Below, one piece after another: positions 6,129-9,554 of a stretch of DNA of 9,554 nt; positions within the stretch are counted from its first letter, which is position 1; each line of letters opens with the position of its first letter. Under the pieces are notes generated by a model. It searched no databases. It was given only the letters and a program-made list of their open reading frames with translations, and was not told where the DNA came from. The translations under genes were made by a program, and so were the position numbers. The DNA comes from Candidatus Iainarchaeum sp. (GTDB taxonomy: Archaea > Iainarchaeota > Iainarchaeia > Iainarchaeales > GCA-2688035). Location: NCBI GenBank assembly GCA_028713935.1, contig JAQTNI010000045.1, positions 1 to 9,554 of the forward strand. Direction: 5' to 3'.

Positions 6129-7235
6129 TTAGGGCAAAAAATCCTTGCTCTTGATTTTTTCTGGCAGGTATGTTTCTGTTATGAACCTGATTCCTTTTTT
6201 GCTTAATGCTTCCAATTCAAGCTTTATGGCTTTTTCTTTCATCAAAGCAAATTCCGCCTGCCATTCTTTTGCCTTGAACCATTCATAGCCCTTCATTTCG
6301 TTCAGCCTTTTCACATCAAGCTGGTTCAGTTTGATTGTCACTTCTTTTGGAATCTTGAATGTTTCAACGTCCTTTACAGTGAGGCCGAGATATTTTGTGT
6401 CAGGCGTTGCAAGCTTTTCCTCGCTGTAAGAAAGGGAAATTGAGCCCTGCTTGATTACTGAATAAATGTACATTCCCCAAGGGTCTGCATCCATTAATGC
6501 CAAAACAGGCAGATTATACTCATTGTTCAGCCTTTGCACAAGCCTTCTTTCCGCCCTTGAAGGCTGGCCCCTTCCTGTGATTATAATGCACTTGTTTTTT
6601 TTCCAGAATGCATCCTCGTTGAACCTTTTCCAGACAGCGTCTTTTTCAATGAACAAAATATATTCCGCATCCAAATCCTTGATTTCAATTCTTTCAGGTT
6701 CGACATTGCTTGGGATTCCCCAGCCGCCGGAACCCATTCTTGTCAAATCAATTGTGTCTTTTCCGTCCTTTATTTTCATGTTTCCAACAATAACTCCTTT
6801 GCTTGAAGCCGCAAGATGCAATTCTTCCCTTAACAAGTCAAGGCTCGATTCAATGTCTTCTATTAAAGGGTCGCTTTCTCCCTGGTCCTCAAAAGTGTTT
6901 TCAGTTGTATCTGCAATTGTGTGTTTCAGGGCATAGTAAAGGTCCCTGATGCTTGTTGTTGCCTCTTCCTGGATAATTTTTCTTATTTCCGATGCAACAA
7001 GAGTTGTCTGCATGAATTTTCTTGTGTGCGCAATATTCAGGAACTGCCTCTGCGAAGTTTTGTCCCCAAGCTTTATTGTCTTGCTTTTTTTGTCAAAAAA
7101 AATGTTTCCAAGAGTCCTTACAGGCAGCTCTATTGAAGGCTCTTTTCCAGCCTCAATCTGCCCAAGCACTTCCTTGCCAAGCCCTTCCAACTTTTTCACT
7201 ACTTCCTTGTCCTTGCTTTTCACATCGCCAGCCAT
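6129..7235 (-). CDS. top6A: DNA topoisomerase VI subunit A (Spo11-like)
   Basis: 368 aa. The 5Y-CAP region has the catalytic-tyrosine context SIRDLYYALK. The Toprim domain has ILFIEKDAVW (Glu) and LALMDADPWG (DxD). The ATG at 7235..7233 is preceded by AGGTG (complement of 7241..7245) with a 5-nt spacer. Confidence 0.93.
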   Translation of the reverse strand: MAGDVKSKDKEVVKKLEGLGKEVLGQIEAGKEPSIELPVRTLGNIFFDKKSKTIKLGDKTSQRQFLNIAHTRKFMQTTLVASEIRKIIQEEATTSIRDLYYALKHTIADTTENTFEDQGESDPLIEDIESSLDLLREELHLAASSKGVIVGNMKIKDGKDTIDLTRMGSGGWGIPSNVEPERIEIKDLDAEYILFIEKDAVWKRFNEDAFWKKNKCIIITGRGQPSRAERRLVQRLNNEYNLPVLALMDADPWGMYIYSVIKQGSISLSYSEEKLATPDTKYLGLTVKDVETFKIPKEVTIKLNQLDVKRLNEMKGYEWFKAKEWQAEFALMKEKAIKLELEALSKKGIRFITETYLPEKIKSKDFLP

Positions 7236-7315
7236 TTTTTCACCTTTTTTTATTGTAATATTCTTTACTCTGGTTGCTTAAATTTTTCTGTAATTTTTTT
7301 TCTTCCTGCATTATT

Positions 7316-7876
7316 TCAGTTTCTTGTAAAAAGCAAAAATTCATCCCTGGTTTTTTCGTTTGTCCTGAAACAGCCTCTAAGGTCACAGGTCGTCATAACC
7401 CCTTCTTTTTTTACGCCCCTTATCTGCTTGCAAAGGTGCGTTGCAATCATAAAAACGCCAAGCCCTTTTGGTTTCACCGCTTTTTCAATTTCATCTGCAA
7501 TCTCTTTAACTAATCTTTCCTGAATTTGAAATTTGGCGGAGTAAAAATCAACTATTCTTGCAACTTTGCTCAAGCCCATTATTTTTTTATCAGGAATGTA
7601 ACCAAAAAAGTATTGCCCAAAAAATGGCAGCATGTGATGCTCACAAAAGCTGCAAAAATTTCCCCTGTCTGTAATTAACTGGTCATAAGTGACGTTGTCC
7701 TTGCCATTTGAAAAAATGATTATCTTTGGTTTTTGCTTTAAATCGTACCCCCTGAAAATTTCCTTGTACATTTTTGCAACTCTTTTTGGGGTATCTTTCA
7801 GCCCTTCTCTTTCCTTGTTTTCCCCAATTGCCATGAGTATTTGGCGGATACTTGTCACCACTTGCTTCTCATCCAA
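7316..7876 (-). CDS. folE: GTP cyclohydrolase I, type IA (FolE)
   Basis: 186 aa, collinear by eye with bacterial FolE: IRQILMAIGENKEREGLKDTPKRVAKMY, the zinc and active-site CEHHMLPFFG, GLSKVARIVDFYSAKFQIQERL, and THLCKQIRGV. The start is TTG at 7876..7874 with a GGGGGG run (complement of 7883..7888) 6 nt upstream. Conserved residues before the first in-frame ATG (Met15) favour the TTG start. Confidence 0.88.
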   Translation of the reverse strand: MDEKQVVTSIRQILMAIGENKEREGLKDTPKRVAKMYKEIFRGYDLKQKPKIIIFSNGKDNVTYDQLITDRGNFCSFCEHHMLPFFGQYFFGYIPDKKIMGLSKVARIVDFYSAKFQIQERLVKEIADEIEKAVKPKGLGVFMIATHLCKQIRGVKKEGVMTTCDLRGCFRTNEKTRDEFLLFTRN

Positions 7877-7898
7877 AGCCAGCCCCCCTTAAATTGAA

Positions 7899-8393
7899 TC
7901 ATTTGCTTTCCTGATATTCTGCCTGGACTGTTAAGCCTTCGCTGAATATCTTGACTTTTTTTACCTTGATTCTTTTGGCGCAGCCCGCGTCTTTTAAGAT
8001 TTGTTTTACCTTTTCAAAAAAGAACCTTGATAGTTCTTCAAAACTTGGGGCAAAATCCACTGCAAACAGCCTGAGTTTTCCTTTTTCCACAATTTTTTTT
8101 AGGTCTGGAAAAAGAGGGTCTTTTTTATCTGCAATGAAAGAATGGTCGATTTCATTGATTAACTTATTAATAGGAGTTTTTATCAAATCCGTATCTATTA
8201 CGTAGCTTTGGCTGTCCAATTTTTTTGATTCGAAAGTCACTGCAATGCAAATATCATGGCCATGCAAATTTGCACATTTATTGAATGGAATCTCCGGGTC
8301 ATAAAATTCTTTTCCAAATCCCTTCCGCATATCCTGTTTCCAGGTTCTATGCCCAATATTCAAACGAAATGTTTTTGTTATTTCAAAAGCCAT
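7899..8393 (-). CDS. queD: 6-carboxy-5,6,7,8-tetrahydropterin synthase / 6-pyruvoyl-tetrahydropterin synthase family (QueD-like)
   Basis: 164 aa. PTPS/QueD signatures are F.L.IGHR (first zinc His), the catalytic Cys plus HGH in KCANLHGHDICIAV (compare E. coli QueD CGRLHGH), and EIDHSFI (compare LDHHYL). I cannot decide QueD versus PTPS-III specificity by eye. Confidence 0.78.
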   Translation of the reverse strand: MAFEITKTFRLNIGHRTWKQDMRKGFGKEFYDPEIPFNKCANLHGHDICIAVTFESKKLDSQSYVIDTDLIKTPINKLINEIDHSFIADKKDPLFPDLKKIVEKGKLRLFAVDFAPSFEELSRFFFEKVKQILKDAGCAKRIKVKKVKIFSEGLTVQAEYQESK

Positions 8394-8415
8394 TATTGCC
8401 GCCTTTTTTTATGCT

Positions 8416-9554
8416 TTATTCCTCGCTATTTTCCTCTTTTACTGAAGATTTTTTCTTTTTTGATTTTTTTTCCTTTTCAGCTTCTTTTTCAAGTTCCGCA
8501 GCTATTTCCTCGTCCGATTTTTGCTCCAAATCTTTTTCCATTTTTTCCTCAAGCTTTAATTTTTTCAGGACAATTGCATGGAATTTTTTTTCAATTTCGT
8601 CTTTTTTCTTTCCCGTAAGCTCGTGCAAGGCATTTGCAACTTCAGTTGCATATTTCAAAAACAATTTTTTTTTCAGTTCTTTTTCCTGAAGCCTGCGTTT
8701 TCCCGCAATGTGCCTCATTATCTGCCTTCCTGCCTGCATCAATGCCAGGCGCAGTTCTTCCATTACTTCTTCCTCATCCGAAACAGCTTGTTTTCCTGCC
8801 CCGGTATAAGGAATATGCACTGAAAGCATATGCACAAAAACAGTCAATGGCGCATTATCAAGGTTTTTTATTGCATATCTTTTCCAGTCAAGGCCCTGCA
8901 CTGCCTTTGAAAGAGCACAGCCGCCCGCATCAAACAAAAGAGGAACCCTGTTTGCAAACCTCATTACTTCCACTCTTCTTATTTCCTGACCAGTCTGCTC
9001 GTCTTTTTCCCCCGAGCTTTTTCCCGCGTTTCCGCCATAGGCAATTGCAACTTCTACCTGGAATGCAAAACCGCCCTTGTAAACAGTCGGCTTTCTTGTA
9101 AGCACAGATAAAAATTCAGGTTCAACAATGCTTTTCAGGGAAGCATCAATCCTGCCCTCCCCAATCGGGCTTAAACCTTCAGTGCTTGGCGCAATAAAAT
9201 TTGTTGTCTTGAAGCATTTGATTATTTCTTCTGCTTCTTCCCAGGTCATTTTTTTTGGGTCCTTGTTCATGTCAAAAGAAACATTTTTTGAAATTTCTTC
9301 AATTGCCTTGTCCCCTGTCCTGTCAAAATCTGTTTTTAAAAAAGAAGAAATTTTTCTTCCCTGGGTGTTCTTTGCCATTGTAAGAAGCTCATCCACAGTA
9401 ATTCCTTTTGGGTGAGGCTTTACCTCAATTGGCTTTGAGGGAATTGTTTTTGCAGTCCTTTCAAAAACGCTTTTTTCTCCGAAAGGGTCAGTAAAAATAA
9501 TTTTTGCATGCGGATTTGCAATTGCAGTCCTTCTGATATACTCAAGCGGGGATT
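8416..9554 (-). CDS. top6B: DNA topoisomerase VI subunit B, C-terminal about 70 percent (H2TH and transducer domains plus a charged tail); the N-terminal GHKL ATPase part lies beyond the right window edge
   Basis: The 326-aa ORF in the track starts at an internal GTG (9396..9394). The same frame stays open upstream to base 9554: ...SPLEYIRRTAIANPHAKIIFTDPFGEKSVFERTAKTIPSKPIEVKPHPKGITVDELLTMAKN..., which is the conserved Topo VI B segment (EY.RRTAI.NPHA ... KPHP.G). Downstream come transducer-type motifs (RFANRVPLLFDAGGCA, VHIPYTGAGKQA) and the long terminal helix. The TAA stop is at 8418..8416. Confidence 0.9.
   Translation of the reverse strand, partial: SPLEYIRRTAIANPHAKIIFTDPFGEKSVFERTAKTIPSKPIEVKPHPKGITVDELLTMAKNTQGRKISSFLKTDFDRTGDKAIEEISKNVSFDMNKDPKKMTWEEAEEIIKCFKTTNFIAPSTEGLSPIGEGRIDASLKSIVEPEFLSVLTRKPTVYKGGFAFQVEVAIAYGGNAGKSSGEKDEQTGQEIRRVEVMRFANRVPLLFDAGGCALSKAVQGLDWKRYAIKNLDNAPLTVFVHMLSVHIPYTGAGKQAVSDEEEVMEELRLALMQAGRQIMRHIAGKRRLQEKELKKKLFLKYATEVANALHELTGKKKDEIEKKFHAIVLKKLKLEEKMEKDLEQKSDEEIAAELEKEAEKEKKSKKKKSSVKEENSEE

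Noticed and set aside
6466-7281. Plus-strand ORFs antisense to top6A (6466..6936 at 156 aa, 6921..7136, 6949..7281, 7022..7258)
   Set aside because: They overlap the Topo VI A gene completely, give Ser/Phe/Leu-rich low-complexity products and have no start context.
9394-9396. GTG at 9396..9394 as the start of top6B
   Set aside because: The frame stays open to the window edge and the upstream translation (EYIRRTAIANPHA...KPHPKG) is conserved Topo VI B sequence. This GTG is therefore an internal Val codon, and the true start lies beyond base 9554.
8256-9415. Plus-strand ORFs antisense to queD and top6B (8256..8618, 8285..8689, 8578..8823, 8634..9101 at 155 aa, 9128..9415)
   Set aside because: Their Phe/Ser-rich translations mirror the Lys/Glu-rich tail and A-rich coding strand of top6B. 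They have no independent signals.
1-9554. CRISPR arrays, transposases or IS ends, integrases, toxin-antitoxin or other defence modules, rRNA genes
   Set aside because: I found no regularly spaced direct repeats, no terminal inverted repeats flanking a gene and no ORF with recombinase or defence-type motifs. Every long ORF is accounted for by housekeeping functions.

Overview
AT-rich, tightly packed archaeal chromosomal segment. MCM and both topoisomerase VI subunits mark it as archaeal, and the compact, Shine-Dalgarno-using style fits a small-genome lineage such as DPANN, though that placement is an inference. I support nine protein-coding genes. Left to right: the 5' part of a signal-peptide/lipobox protein gene (-, open at the left edge and missing from the ORF track), a HIT-family hydrolase (+), a short-form methionyl-tRNA synthetase (-), MCM replicative helicase (+), an Mre11/SbcD-family metallophosphoesterase (+), and a minus-strand block of top6B (open at the right edge), queD, folE and top6A. 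I found no rRNA, canonical tRNA, CRISPR array or mobile element. Two things stand out. (1) The metG-mcm divergent spacer is 386 bp where every other spacer is 6-80 bp. It has no credible ORF and is full of nested dyad symmetries built from one AAGAAAAGAA / CTTTTGGC motif family, so it may be an origin-like region, an operator array or a structured RNA. (2) The normally adjacent topo VI B and A genes are separated by two 7-deazaguanine/pterin genes (queD, folE), with 22-nt junctions and no oligo-T terminator. Smaller oddities are a HIGF variant of the MetRS HIGH motif, GTHE replacing GNHD/E in an Mre11-like protein with no Rad50 partner, a K/E-rich tail on Topo VI B, and TTG starts behind an AGGTG-N5 ribosome-binding site. 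I see no clearly novel multi-gene system. All functional calls rest on motifs read by eye, with no database search.
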